DNA from: Pseudomonadota bacterium
GTDB taxonomy: Bacteria; Bdellovibrionota; Bdellovibrionia; Bdellovibrionales; SG-bin7
Reading direction: 5' to 3'
Length of the DNA: 64,000 nt
NCBI GenBank assembly: GCA_034439715.1
Contig: JAWXAY010000075.1
Span: 15,468 to 79,467, forward strand
Every line of letters begins with the position of its first letter. The first letter of the stretch is position 1. The translations under genes were made by a program, and so were the position numbers. Below are positions 1 to 9,815 of the stretch, in pieces. The notes under the pieces are model-generated. The model did no database searches and was not told the DNA's origin. It saw nothing but the letters and a program-made list of their open reading frames with translations.

Positions 1-1152
1 GCATTCTACTCCAAAGAGGGCCACTATATCACCGGCATAGGCCGCGTCGATTTCTTCCATTTCAGCAGCGTGCATTTTTACAAGGCGAGGAATTTTTACC
101 TTGCGACCGTTGACGACATTAGTAATAAAGTCGCCCTTTCTTAAAGTACCTTGATAAACGCGCATGTAGGTCAACTGTCCATATCGACCATCATCAAGTT
201 TAAAGGCCAATGCCACTAAATGTTTATTGGGATCACACGCGAGATCAACTTTTTCTTCTTTTTTGTCTTGATCGAGTGCGAAGTTTTGAATTTCAGGAGG
301 GCTTGGTAGGTAGTCCTCAACGCCATCTAAGAGTTTTTGCACACCTTTGTTTTTATAGGCCGAGCCGCAAAAAACAGGGACAAATTGTAAACTAATAGTA
401 CCCTTGCGGATGGCGCCTCTAATTTCTGCTTCAGTTGGATCTTCTTCCATTAAAAATTTTTCACCAACTGTTTCATCATAGTCCGCCACGTTGCCAATCA
501 TTTCTTTGCGGTATTTTAAGGCCTGTTCCATGAGATCTTCGGGAATTTCCTTTTCGACGGTTTCAAGACCATCTTTGCCTTCAAAATGGTAGGCCTTCAT
601 TTTTACTAGGTCGATCACACCTTTGTGGTTTTCTTCTAGTCCAATGGGAATTTGAATAAGCGCAGCATTTAAATTAAGTTTTTCACGAATCATTCCTAAT
701 ACACGAAAGGGATTGGCGCCGGCACGATCAAGTTTATTGATGAAAGCAAGCCTTGGCACTTTGTAGCGACGCATTTGTCGATCTACCGTGATGGATTGAG
801 ACTGCACGCCCGACACGCCACAAAGGACTAGTATAGCTCCGTCGAGTACTCGTAGCGACCTTTCGACTTCAATGGTGAAGTCCACGTGTCCAGGAGTGTC
901 GATAATGTTGATTTCTATGTCTCTCCAGTGAACGTTGGTGGCTGCTGATTGAATTGTAATGCCCTTTTCGCGTTCGAGGTCCATCGAGTCCATGGTGGCG
1001 CCGACGCCATCTTTTCCTCGGACTTCATGCATTTGGTGAATTCGACCAGTGTATAAAAGAATTCGCTCGGTGAGTGTGGTTTTCCCTGAGTCGATGTGGG
1101 CTGAGATACCAATGTTGCGAACTTTATCAATGGTCCATTCTTTAGTCGCCAT
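1..1152 (-). CDS. fusA: Elongation factor G, N-terminal part (runs off the window edge); not in the supplied ORF track
   Basis: Manual translation from ATG at 1152 gives [72 protein letters not shown], then the DTPGHVDF and NKLD GTPase motifs. Confidence 0.95.
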   Translation of the reverse strand, partial: MATKEWTIDKVRNIGISAHIDSGKTTLTERILLYTGRIHQMHEVRGKDGVGATMDSMDLEREKGITIQSAATNVHWRDIEINIIDTPGHVDFTIEVERSLRVLDGAILVLCGVSGVQSQSITVDRQMRRYKVPRLAFINKLDRAGANPFRVLGMIREKLNLNAALIQIPIGLEENHKGVIDLVKMKAYHFEGKDGLETVEKEIPEDLMEQALKYRKEMIGNVADYDETVGEKFLMEEDPTEAEIRGAIRKGTISLQFVPVFCGSAYKNKGVQKLLDGVEDYLPSPPEIQNFALDQDKKEEKVDLACDPNKHLVALAFKLDDGRYGQLTYMRVYQGTLRKGDFITNVVNGRKVKIPRLVKMHAAEMEEIDAAYAGDIVALFGVEC

Positions 1153-1279
1153 GTCTACATTCCCCTTAAAATATTGCCCAGAGTTTAGTCATTATTAGTT
1201 TAGCCATGACTCCAACCAGGCAAGTTGTTAAATTAGGTGCCACATTACAAGATTTACGTTCCAAAAGTCAAAGGTATGA

Positions 1280-2686
1280 GTGGAGAAACTCTCTGTTTTA
1301 AAAGAAGTATTTGGCTATTCAGAGTTTCGTGGCGAGCAAGAGGCGATTATCGATGCCGTGCTCCAGCGAAAAAATAGCCTTGTTATCATGCCGACGGGAA
1401 TGGGCAAAAGTCTTTGCTATCAGTTGCCCGCGCGTATTTTGGGCGGACTTACGTTGGTGGTTAGCCCTCTAATTGCACTTATGAAAGACCAGGTAGACCA
1501 AATTAGTAGGCAAGGATTTCGAGCCGGATTTATTAATTCCAGCCTCGATCGTGGGGCCCGAGAAAAATCCTATCTTAAGCTTTCGCAAGGTGAGTTTGAA
1601 ATTCTTTACGTAACCCCAGAGAGATTTCGAAAGCCTGAGTTTTTGAGCGCGCTCAAAAAAAATGCCATTAAACTTCTAGCAATTGATGAAGCCCATTGTA
1701 TTTCTGAATGGGGCAATGACTTTAGACCGGATTATTCCCGTCTTGGCGAGATTCGCAAGAGTTTAGGTGCGCCCCCTACGATGGCCTTAACTGCCACGGC
1801 TACCCCTGAAGTAAGAGAGGATATCTTAAAGCAGTTAGATATTAGAGAAGGTGCCCAGATTTTTATTTATGGAATTGAGCGACCTAATCTTTTTGTCAGA
1901 GTGACCGATTTGCACGGATTTGAGAGCAAATTGAAGCGTTTTTTAGAAATTAGAAAGACTCAAAGTGGTGCAATGATTCTTTATTTTTCACTAGTTTCTA
2001 CACTTGAAGAATTTTCTCGCGCTCTCGATAAAGCGCAGATGCCGCATGTTACCTATCATGGTCAGCTCCCACAAAATATTCGACGAAATAATCAAGAAAT
2101 GTTTTTAGCCTCTCAAGAGGGGCTCATTTTAGCGACTCCGGCTTTTGGTTTAGGCATTAACAAAGAAAACATTCGCAGCGTAGTTCATGGGGAACTGCCG
2201 GGATCGATCGAGTCTTTTTACCAAGAAATCGGTCGCGCCGGAAGAGATGGTGACGAGGCATACTGTGAACTATTATACGATCAGGACGACATCACGATTC
2301 AAATGGATTTTATCAAGTGGTCGAATCCCGATCCTAATTTTATTACTGCCACTTATCGTTTGATTAAAAATAATACGGCGAGATTTAAGCAACAGGGTCT
2401 TGATTATCTACGCGGGCAGATGAACTTTTATAACAAAAGAGACTACCGAGTTGAGACAGCCGTAAATCTTCTCAAGCGATGGGATTGCATTGGTGAGACC
2501 TTTCAGGATCCGTCAGGTGAATTTGTCGAGAAAACATTGTTTGAAAAGCGCATTAGAAATCAGAATAAAAAACTTTTGGATTTAGTCCAACTGATAAAGT
2601 CTGAGGACTGCCGAAAGAAAATCATTTATGCTTATTTTGGCGTAAATTCTATTGATTGTGGTCGTTGCGATAACTGTAAAGGTTAA
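1280..2686 (+). CDS. recQ: RecQ-family ATP-dependent DNA helicase (short form, no HRDC domain evident)
   Basis: MPTGMGKSLCYQLP, DEAHCISEWGNDFRPDY, TATA and QEIGRAGRDG motifs; C-terminal CRKK...CGRCDNC zinc ligands. Confidence 0.93.
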   Translation: MEKLSVLKEVFGYSEFRGEQEAIIDAVLQRKNSLVIMPTGMGKSLCYQLPARILGGLTLVVSPLIALMKDQVDQISRQGFRAGFINSSLDRGAREKSYLKLSQGEFEILYVTPERFRKPEFLSALKKNAIKLLAIDEAHCISEWGNDFRPDYSRLGEIRKSLGAPPTMALTATATPEVREDILKQLDIREGAQIFIYGIERPNLFVRVTDLHGFESKLKRFLEIRKTQSGAMILYFSLVSTLEEFSRALDKAQMPHVTYHGQLPQNIRRNNQEMFLASQEGLILATPAFGLGINKENIRSVVHGELPGSIESFYQEIGRAGRDGDEAYCELLYDQDDITIQMDFIKWSNPDPNFITATYRLIKNNTARFKQQGLDYLRGQMNFYNKRDYRVETAVNLLKRWDCIGETFQDPSGEFVEKTLFEKRIRNQNKKLLDLVQLIKSEDCRKKIIYAYFGVNSIDCGRCDNCKG

Positions 2687-2693
2687 ATCTGGC

Positions 2694-3389
2694 ATGAGTA
2701 AAATAGACTTTCCTGATCCCAGTTTAGCAGACGAAAATGGTATCCTAGCTCTGGGCGGAAATTTTGAAGTCGAGACATTGCAATTGGCCTACTCAAAAGG
2801 AATCTTTCCATGGCCACAGGCGGGTCACACTTTTTTGTGGTTTTCTCCCAAAAACAGAGGCGTGATTTTGTTTAAGGATTTTCATGTGCCCAAAAGCCTA
2901 AAAAAGGAAATGAAAAAAGGCGCTTATCGATTTACTTTCAATAGAGCTTTTGAGCAAGTCATTAAGTATTGTGCCATTTCGCCACGAAAAACTGAGGCTG
3001 GATTAGAGCTAGGCACTTGGATTACTCCGGAAATCATTACCGCTTATTTAGATTTTCATAAAACGGGCTTTGCGCATTCGCTCGAATGCTGGCACGGCGA
3101 TGAGCTGGTGGGGGGCCTTTACGGAGTGTGGGTGTCGGGGGTTTTTATGGGAGAAAGCATGTTTTTTTTAAAACCTAATACTTCAAAAATGTGTGTGGTA
3201 AAATTAGCCGAATTTTTAATGTCAAAAGGACACGAGTGGATGGATACACAAATGGTGACTCCCGTCGTGAAACTTTTGGGTGGAAAATACATTTCTCGGA
3301 CTCGGTTTTTATGTTTACTGTCAGAGGCACAAAGGAAATTTCCGTATGAATCTTTAAAACCGGCGCTCGCCCCAGGGGACGATTTTTAG
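2694..3389 (+). CDS. aat: Leucyl/phenylalanyl-tRNA--protein transferase
   Basis: FPDP, AYSKGIFPW, TWIT, AHSLECW, LVGGLYGV and FMGESMF motifs; start taken at ATG 2694. Confidence 0.93.
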   Translation: MSKIDFPDPSLADENGILALGGNFEVETLQLAYSKGIFPWPQAGHTFLWFSPKNRGVILFKDFHVPKSLKKEMKKGAYRFTFNRAFEQVIKYCAISPRKTEAGLELGTWITPEIITAYLDFHKTGFAHSLECWHGDELVGGLYGVWVSGVFMGESMFFLKPNTSKMCVVKLAEFLMSKGHEWMDTQMVTPVVKLLGGKYISRTRFLCLLSEAQRKFPYESLKPALAPGDDF

Positions 3390-3926
3390 GTTGTTGTAGT
3401 TGCCTCGAGGTTGGGTCAAAAAATAAAATATAAATACTATGCCAAGAATGCAGGCCAAGTAGAGTAAAGCTAGCTTAGAGTAACTACGAAGCCAAGCCAC
3501 TTTTTCTTTTACTTTAGTCTTTTTAAATTGTTCTCGGAGCACTTCAAATTTCTTGTTGAGGCCATGGTTGAGTTGCTTTCTGTGTCCGCGAGTTAGATTC
3601 ATAAAGGTCACGGCGACAATAACATTGCGCTCGGGGTATTTCCATAAGTCTCGTCGTGGGATCTCTTCGATGCGAATCACACGGCTAAAGCACGCCATTT
3701 GTTCTTTGCTTGGTACTTCGAATTCAATCATGATGTTTTCGCCAAGGCGGGGAATGTGGTCGCGATTTACTAAGAAGGCCATGCCGGACTCGGACATATC
3801 AATAATCATGGTGCCAACGGACTTTCGATTTGTCAGTCCATGCGCGAAGCGAATAAACTGATTGTCCTCTGGACGCAAAATGTATCTGGGTGCGCGCGTC
3901 ACCCAACGTCTGGCCGAATTCGACAT
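3354..3926 (-). CDS. PilZ-domain (c-di-GMP-binding) membrane protein
   Basis: RAPR and DMSESG resemble the PilZ RxxxR and DxSxxG motifs; C-terminal hydrophobic helix; AGGAG SD upstream. Confidence 0.75.
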   Translation of the reverse strand: MSNSARRWVTRAPRYILRPEDNQFIRFAHGLTNRKSVGTMIIDMSESGMAFLVNRDHIPRLGENIMIEFEVPSKEQMACFSRVIRIEEIPRRDLWKYPERNVIVAVTFMNLTRGHRKQLNHGLNKKFEVLREQFKKTKVKEKVAWLRSYSKLALLYLACILGIVFIFYFLTQPRGNYNNLKIVPWGERRF

Positions 3927-3946
3927 TTCTACTCCTTACAGTACTT

Positions 3947-3974
3947 TGATCGGTATTGCTTGGCCCAAACTTTA
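3947..3974 (-). promoter_or_regulatory. Candidate sigma28 (FliA) promoter for the PilZ gene
   Basis: Minus strand reads TAAAGTTT-N12-ACCGATCA, against the consensus TAAAGTTT-N11-GCCGATAA, about 20 nt upstream of the ATG. Confidence 0.5.
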
Positions 3975-4029
3975 GATGGGGAATTCAGGCTTAACTTGCT
4001 AGATTTTGAGAATATCCCAAAATGGTACT

Positions 4030-4818
4030 ATGGCTAAAACTCCAGCGGAGAAAAATTCAAAAGGGCCTATCGCCAAAATTCGAAGGAGGATTTATCAAGC
4101 CAAGATCACACTGATGGTGGTTGGCATCTTAGTGTTTGGTAACTTTGCTCTTCAATTAATTCGAAAACCAACAGAGCTCTTAAGCTTTCTTGGCCTCTCC
4201 AGTAAAAAAACTCCCCGCTCAACTTGGTACACTTACGGCGAGGATTTTTTAAAAAATGCGACACCTATAGTTACTGCCGATTTTCTGGCTGCCATTGCCC
4301 AAGTCGAAAGCGCGGGTGACCCGGTCGCCCAGCCGGCGTGGACCATGAATTTATCTCGCGAATTTTTTCGTTGGTACTCACCTGCCTCGAGTGCCGTAGG
4401 CCTAATGCAAATTACTGAGGGTAACTACCAAGAAGCTAAAAACCTTTGTATTCGAGGTGGCCAAGTTGTTCGTGCCGGGCTCTGGTATGAGGCCGATTCC
4501 TGCTGGTTTAACTCATTATATTCTCGGATACTGCCTTCGCACTCCATAGAAATGGCAGCCGCATATATGCACTTTCAGGTTGAAGCCATTCTAAAAAAGC
4601 TCAAAAAATCTGAAGTGGCCATTGAAGAAAAACAACGACTTGCGGCCATTATCCATCTTTGTGGCAAAGTACGCGGATTTACTTATGCCAGCGATAACTT
4701 TAGTTTTAGACGATTTCAGACCTGTGGTTCTCACGATGCTCGCTCTTATCTAGCTAAAGTTCTTCGGTATAAGAGTCTGTTTTTAGGACTGATGTTAGGT
4801 GCGGGCTCACTAAGATAA
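4030..4818 (+). CDS. SLT-type lytic transglycosylase-like protein, N-terminal membrane anchor
   Basis: AIAQVES (catalytic Glu) and AVGLMQIT motifs; hydrophobic segment near the N-terminus. Confidence 0.75.
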   Translation: MAKTPAEKNSKGPIAKIRRRIYQAKITLMVVGILVFGNFALQLIRKPTELLSFLGLSSKKTPRSTWYTYGEDFLKNATPIVTADFLAAIAQVESAGDPVAQPAWTMNLSREFFRWYSPASSAVGLMQITEGNYQEAKNLCIRGGQVVRAGLWYEADSCWFNSLYSRILPSHSIEMAAAYMHFQVEAILKKLKKSEVAIEEKQRLAAIIHLCGKVRGFTYASDNFSFRRFQTCGSHDARSYLAKVLRYKSLFLGLMLGAGSLR

Positions 4819-4910
4819 TCTCGTTTTGGGCCGAGTACATTAGGAGATCTCGCCAAAATATAAGGCCAAATTGCCTGTTGGTGATATACGATGATTATAT
4901 AGGGGATCAA

Positions 4911-5534
4911 ATGCCAAAACAAATTAAAATCCTGCCAATTTTTCTTTTAAGTTTTATGGGTCTGAATTCAGCAAGCGGGAAGCTGTTCAAACATTCGGCC
5001 AATTACAATACTGCGCCTTGGTCTTATCACGCCATTGTTGCTGGCGGAGATTTTGAAAATCAACATTCTCACAGCACTTTTGCCTCGATGTTGGGTGATT
5101 CTAAAATTCAGTATTATTCGCTGTCGGATTTTTTTGAAAATTATGGTACGGGGCTGCATATCGCTCATATTGAGAAAAATAGATTTACCTCTGCGACTGA
5201 TGGTTACTGGAAGATTGCGCCTGTACTAAGGTTTACGGTTCCTAAAGATGGCAATCTAAATTTGAGTGGACAATTTAGTAAAGTAAAAGGTTCTTGTGTT
5301 AAATCAACTTTAAAAGGTGAAAGTCAAAAATTAGCCATTGCTCACAACAAGCAGGTTTTGTTTAAAGATGATCTGACATTTCAAAAATCAAACAGCAAAG
5401 CCTTCAAAATAAAAATAAGAGTAAAGGCGGGCGATACCGTTGACCTTTCGGCTTTCAGCCTATGTCAAGTGACGGTGGATCCTATTGTGAAATTGACACC
5501 TATAAGAAGCAAAATTTTGGTAGCTGGCTTTTAA
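4911..5534 (+). CDS. Hypothetical secreted protein, beta-rich
   Basis: ORF with AGGGG SD before ATG 4911 and a signal-peptide-like N-terminus; no recognised family motif. Confidence 0.55.
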   Translation: MPKQIKILPIFLLSFMGLNSASGKLFKHSANYNTAPWSYHAIVAGGDFENQHSHSTFASMLGDSKIQYYSLSDFFENYGTGLHIAHIEKNRFTSATDGYWKIAPVLRFTVPKDGNLNLSGQFSKVKGSCVKSTLKGESQKLAIAHNKQVLFKDDLTFQKSNSKAFKIKIRVKAGDTVDLSAFSLCQVTVDPIVKLTPIRSKILVAGF

Positions 5535-5555
5535 TCTCGTTTAGGGCTTGGCACT

Positions 5556-6677
5556 TTACGAGACACCATTTAGAACTTCACGATACAGTTCTTGGTGGGA
5601 TTCCACCATTCTCTCTAAACGAAATAGATCATGAAAGCGTATTTCAGCGTTGGCGCTCATGCGCGCGCGCAGACTATCATTGCCCAAGATTGTGTTGAGC
5701 GCCATGGCGAGACTCACGTGATCTTTTGGCGGCACAGTGAGGCCCGTGACGTTTTGTACGTTAACCGATTTCACTCCCGACGGAATGTCCGTGGTCACCA
5801 ATGGGCAGCCGCAGGCTAGACCTTCTATGAGACACATGCCAAAGGCTTCACGCTCGTCAATCGAGGGGAGCACTACGACATCGGCCAAATGGTAAAATAC
5901 ACCCAAATCATGTCTCGGAAAATTTCTAAAAAAATGCACCTTATTTGTTAAACCCAAGCTGTGAGCCAGGGTCTGCAGCGCTTTTTGTTCGGGCCCATCG
6001 CCGACCAATAATAAAACGGCATCAACCCTTTTCATAGCCCGAATCAAATACGCCAAGCCCTTATACTCGACAAGGCGGCCTACATAAACAACAGTTTTTG
6101 TATTAAAATTGTTTTTGAGCTGATCAAACATCTGTTGGAGCGATGGCGTAAGTGCAAAACTTTTTTTGTTAATGCCAAACGGAATAACTCGACATTTATT
6201 TTTGAAATCTCTCAAAACCGGAGAGTTATCGACAAGTTCAAAACTCGAAGTAATGATGGCGCGCGCCTGTGCAAGTTGTTCGCGTAAAAGGGGGAGGTAA
6301 AGCCGATTGAGCCATGGGTAACTTAAAACATCGCAATGATAGGTAATGACATAAGGGACTTTAGTTTTTCTCAATGCCAATGTCGCGAGTGGATTTGGTA
6401 GGTGCACGTGTAATAAATCGGCATCTAAAGACTTAGCCCGCTTCATAAAAGAAAAAGAAATGGGAGTAGAGGCAATTTCAAAAGGGCGAGACATTTTGTA
6501 AACTGGTACACCGTTCACAAAGTGAATTTCATTGTGTGGTGTTGTACCAGTTACAAGACATTTTACGTTAAATTCACGTTTGTCGATACCCGTCGTAAGG
6601 TCATAAAGTACAGATTCCATACCGCCAGAATGTGGCGGAAAATACTTACCAACTTGAATTAATTTGGCGGGTGACAT
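5556..6677 (-). CDS. Glycosyltransferase family 4 (GT-B), last gene of the putative RiPP operon
   Basis: GKYFPPHSGGMES, VGRLVEYKG and EAFGMCLIEGLACG (ExFGxxxxE) motifs. Confidence 0.9.
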   Translation of the reverse strand: MSPAKLIQVGKYFPPHSGGMESVLYDLTTGIDKREFNVKCLVTGTTPHNEIHFVNGVPVYKMSRPFEIASTPISFSFMKRAKSLDADLLHVHLPNPLATLALRKTKVPYVITYHCDVLSYPWLNRLYLPLLREQLAQARAIITSSFELVDNSPVLRDFKNKCRVIPFGINKKSFALTPSLQQMFDQLKNNFNTKTVVYVGRLVEYKGLAYLIRAMKRVDAVLLLVGDGPEQKALQTLAHSLGLTNKVHFFRNFPRHDLGVFYHLADVVVLPSIDEREAFGMCLIEGLACGCPLVTTDIPSGVKSVNVQNVTGLTVPPKDHVSLAMALNTILGNDSLRARMSANAEIRFHDLFRLERMVESHQELYREVLNGVS

Positions 6678-6680
6678 AGT

Positions 6681-7490
6681 TTAAATAATAGAAACAACAT
6701 CCGCTCTTGTAAATGAATACTTTTCAGAACTAGTCTGAGCAAGAAATCCCGCCAGCCGTAGTTCGCGTTCAAAATGATCGAAGCTGGGGTAGAAGTGATA
6801 GTAAAGCAGGCCGGCATCAGTGTTATGATTTCCTAAAAATGAACTGACGGTATCGCCAGGAGACCAAATATTTTGACCACGCCATCTAAAGCGTAAAATT
6901 TGCGAGCCCCAGAAGAGTCTATCTCTAGGCGTTAACTGCCGAATATATGGCAAGCAAAACAAAACAGAATTTTGATTGCCCAATTGGTGTAGTTTTTTTA
7001 GGAACTCAACTCGCTTGGTTTGGGTAGGTATGTGGCCAATAATAGCTGGAGAAACAAAAAGAAAATCAAAATGGGCATTGCTTAAAGAAAACACATCGCC
7101 TTGCTTGAAAGTCACCCGACTTTTAATTCTGCTTGAGACCATTTGAGCGCGCATGATCATAGACTGACTGGAGTCGATCCCTAAAACCTTATAGCCCATT
7201 TTTTCAAGCGCAAAGGACTCTCGACCGGCACCACAGCCGACGACTAAAGCTGTGGGGCTGCCCTGAAAAAGCTTAAAGGCCGCGAAGGCAGCTTGCAGTT
7301 CCTCGGACTCTAAGCCAAGACGCACCAATTTTTCGTAATAATCAAGTTCTGTGGGAGTTGAGTAACGTTCGATCATTTTATTCATGAGTTTGTCGCTCGA
7401 CGAAAGCGCCGAAGAAAACGATGGGGAAAACAGTGCCTCAGCAATCTGCTTAAGTCTACGTGGGATCTTTTTAAAAGAACTGAGGGTCAT
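6681..7490 (-). CDS. Class I SAM-dependent methyltransferase
   Basis: LVVGCGAGR motif I, GIDSS motif II, GDV and FDF. Confidence 0.85.
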   Translation of the reverse strand: MTLSSFKKIPRRLKQIAEALFSPSFSSALSSSDKLMNKMIERYSTPTELDYYEKLVRLGLESEELQAAFAAFKLFQGSPTALVVGCGAGRESFALEKMGYKVLGIDSSQSMIMRAQMVSSRIKSRVTFKQGDVFSLSNAHFDFLFVSPAIIGHIPTQTKRVEFLKKLHQLGNQNSVLFCLPYIRQLTPRDRLFWGSQILRFRWRGQNIWSPGDTVSSFLGNHNTDAGLLYYHFYPSFDHFERELRLAGFLAQTSSEKYSFTRADVVSII

Positions 7491-7491
7491 G

Positions 7492-8310
7492 CTAATATCT
7501 TAGCAAAAAATTCCGGCCTTGTGTGCGAACTTTTTTAAAGGCGGAACCCAAAATTTTAAGGCTGATCGCTAATAAAACAAGACCAAAGGCGAAAAGCATC
7601 GCCCATTCGACAAAGTTAGGTGGCGATTCTGAATATAGGATCCCACGAGCGCGCGTGAGCACAAAGTAAAAGGGCGAAACGAGTGCCACTGACTTCTGTA
7701 GAATCTCAGGTAGCACAGAAGTTGGAAAATAGAGACCCGACAGCAAAGTTAAAAATGAAATTGCGAAGGTCAGAGCTCTTTCTCCCCGGCCAAACAGGAT
7801 AAGCACTGTAGCCGATAGTAGTCCTAGGCTCAAAAAAAACGGGAGTGAACAAAAAACAAAGGCCAAAAGTAATATAAGTTTTTGCAAACTGAGCTGAAAG
7901 CCAAAAAATAAAGCGGCCAATCCAACTAAAATCAAAAGCCGTACTGCATCCAAGGGCAGTTTTGCCAGTGTCCAAAACAATAAGGGGGTCTGAGTTCGTG
8001 TTGGCAGACTCATAAAGGTCTCAAGTGTCCCACTAGCCACAGCCTGACGAACAACATGAATGGTCCCTTCGATGAGAACGAGAGGTAAAGTGAGAATTAA
8101 CTCCCCGCTAAAAACAAAGTTAAAGTAATCGACTGTTTCTGTAGTTAAATGGTCCTTAAGAGCCGGGGCAAAGGCCTCAGAAGTAAACCAATACATGATT
8201 AGGCTCAATACCGAACCGACAAGTGCGCCTCCTATGGCCCATTTGGAGGGGTAGGAATCCTGGTATTCCATTGCGACAAATTTAGAGTAAATACTCTGCC
8301 ATTTTTTCAT
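7492..8310 (-). CDS. ABC-2 type exporter permease
   Basis: About six hydrophobic segments, GTLE and LLSGLYFP...LPE motifs; ATGA overlap with the upstream ATPase gene. Confidence 0.85.
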   Translation of the reverse strand: MKKWQSIYSKFVAMEYQDSYPSKWAIGGALVGSVLSLIMYWFTSEAFAPALKDHLTTETVDYFNFVFSGELILTLPLVLIEGTIHVVRQAVASGTLETFMSLPTRTQTPLLFWTLAKLPLDAVRLLILVGLAALFFGFQLSLQKLILLLAFVFCSLPFFLSLGLLSATVLILFGRGERALTFAISFLTLLSGLYFPTSVLPEILQKSVALVSPFYFVLTRARGILYSESPPNFVEWAMLFAFGLVLLAISLKILGSAFKKVRTQGRNFLLRY

Positions 8311-8942
8311 TGAAGTCGACCATTGGCCAGTCTATAGGTTTTAGACTGAAGCGACTGCCACTCTTGATCTAAGTGGTTAGTAAAAATCAATAATCGATTC
8401 TTGCTATTTTCTGATAGAATTTTTACTAAGCCTAGGCGAGTTTTCTTGTCGAGACTTCTTAACGGTTCATCAAGCAAAAGCACTTTACGGTCGCTAATTA
8501 GAGCCAATGTAACTCGTAAAAGTTGCTTCATGCCAGACGACATTTGATTAAACGGAGTTTTTAAAATTTTTGTGAAGTTGAAGTGTTGACTGAGTTGGTG
8601 CAATTTTTTTTCAAGACTCAAATCGTTCAGACCGTAGAATTCAGCTAGAAGCGAGAGATTTTCTTGCCCTGTTAGGCGTAAAAAAAATCCCCCATCGTTG
8701 ACGCCGACATAGGCTAATCGGTCCTTAATTTTTAAAAAATCATTTTTAGTGTCAAGATTATCAATTATGACTTGGCCTTCGGTAGGTAATAAGAGCCCCG
8801 CGAGTGTTTTTAAAAAAGTAGTCTTTCCACTGGCATTATCACCGCAAATTTCAATAGTCTCGCCCATTTGCACTTCAAAATTGATATCATTTAAAACATT
8901 TTTGGCGCCGTAAGAAAAGGTGAGGGCTCGCGTACAAATCAT
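8307..8942 (-). CDS. ABC transporter ATP-binding protein
   Basis: Walker A GDNASGKTT, signature MSSGMKQ, Walker B LLLDEP. Confidence 0.9.
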   Translation of the reverse strand: MICTRALTFSYGAKNVLNDINFEVQMGETIEICGDNASGKTTFLKTLAGLLLPTEGQVIIDNLDTKNDFLKIKDRLAYVGVNDGGFFLRLTGQENLSLLAEFYGLNDLSLEKKLHQLSQHFNFTKILKTPFNQMSSGMKQLLRVTLALISDRKVLLLDEPLRSLDKKTRLGLVKILSENSKNRLLIFTNHLDQEWQSLQSKTYRLANGRLQ

Positions 8943-9784
8943 TTAGTTAAACGGCGGAGGCCATATAAAAAAGCCTCAACGATAGTGTCGCGCATTAGCG
9001 CTTTGTAAAACATATAAAAGGCGTGAGGCTTTTTATGGAGTTGTTTACGAATTCTCTCAGGATGAAGAAAGCGTGCGGAGGTCTTGCGTAAAAACCAAGA
9101 GGCCAATGGCTTAAGGGGCTTTTCGCTTACTACACTGTGGCCATAGTACTTCTCGAGAAGAATTAAAGATACACCCACCGCATTTTTTAAGCGATAGGAC
9201 TTAGCTCGCAGAAATATTTTAGGCCAACTAATCGAAGCGCTTTCTTTAAGTAACAGAAGATTGAGATCATATAGCCACTGAATTTCGTCAAATAAATGTT
9301 GAAAGGCGCCGTGGCCGCAGAGATAAACAAAAAGATCTTCAGCACAAGGCTCGCGAAACCAAACGAGCCCCGGAATTTTTGTTTGTCGGGAGTCCTTAAT
9401 AAAGGAGTAGTCTATATCTCGGTCAACGAGAAGTCCTTTGTGAATTTCTACTGGAAAGTTATCAAATAAATAAACGGCCCGAAAAGCATTGCCCATCCAT
9501 TTTTTGCCATTAATAGGTTTGCCACCCAAATCCTTCAGAACTTGCATTGATTTTTCCCAGTTCTGGGGCTCTACAAAAAGGTCCAAATCAGTATAGTTAC
9601 GCTCGCTGGCATTTTCATAATAGCGAAATATCAGGGCCGGTCCCTTTAATATCCAAATAGGAATTTTACGAGCCATAAACTCTAGATCTAATCTTTTAAG
9701 GAGTTCTAAAAAATAAATATGGCGAACAAGGTGAGTTTTTTTTAATATCGTGGAGCCATTATTAGTGAGGTTCATCTCAGGCAT
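8939..9784 (-). CDS. Nucleotidyltransferase family protein (NTP_transf_5-like)
   Basis: ILKGP, ERNYTDLDLFV (DxD), VEIH and WLYDL motifs typical of the nucleotidyltransferases found beside PqqD genes. Confidence 0.8.
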   Translation of the reverse strand: MPEMNLTNNGSTILKKTHLVRHIYFLELLKRLDLEFMARKIPIWILKGPALIFRYYENASERNYTDLDLFVEPQNWEKSMQVLKDLGGKPINGKKWMGNAFRAVYLFDNFPVEIHKGLLVDRDIDYSFIKDSRQTKIPGLVWFREPCAEDLFVYLCGHGAFQHLFDEIQWLYDLNLLLLKESASISWPKIFLRAKSYRLKNAVGVSLILLEKYYGHSVVSEKPLKPLASWFLRKTSARFLHPERIRKQLHKKPHAFYMFYKALMRDTIVEAFLYGLRRLTK

Positions 9785-9815
9785 ACAACAATGCTATTAC
9801 TCTTATTTTTTAATG

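Noticed and set aside
210..1130. Short ORFs 210-395 and 915-1130 in the track
   Set aside because: They overlap the fusA reading frame, which explains the region
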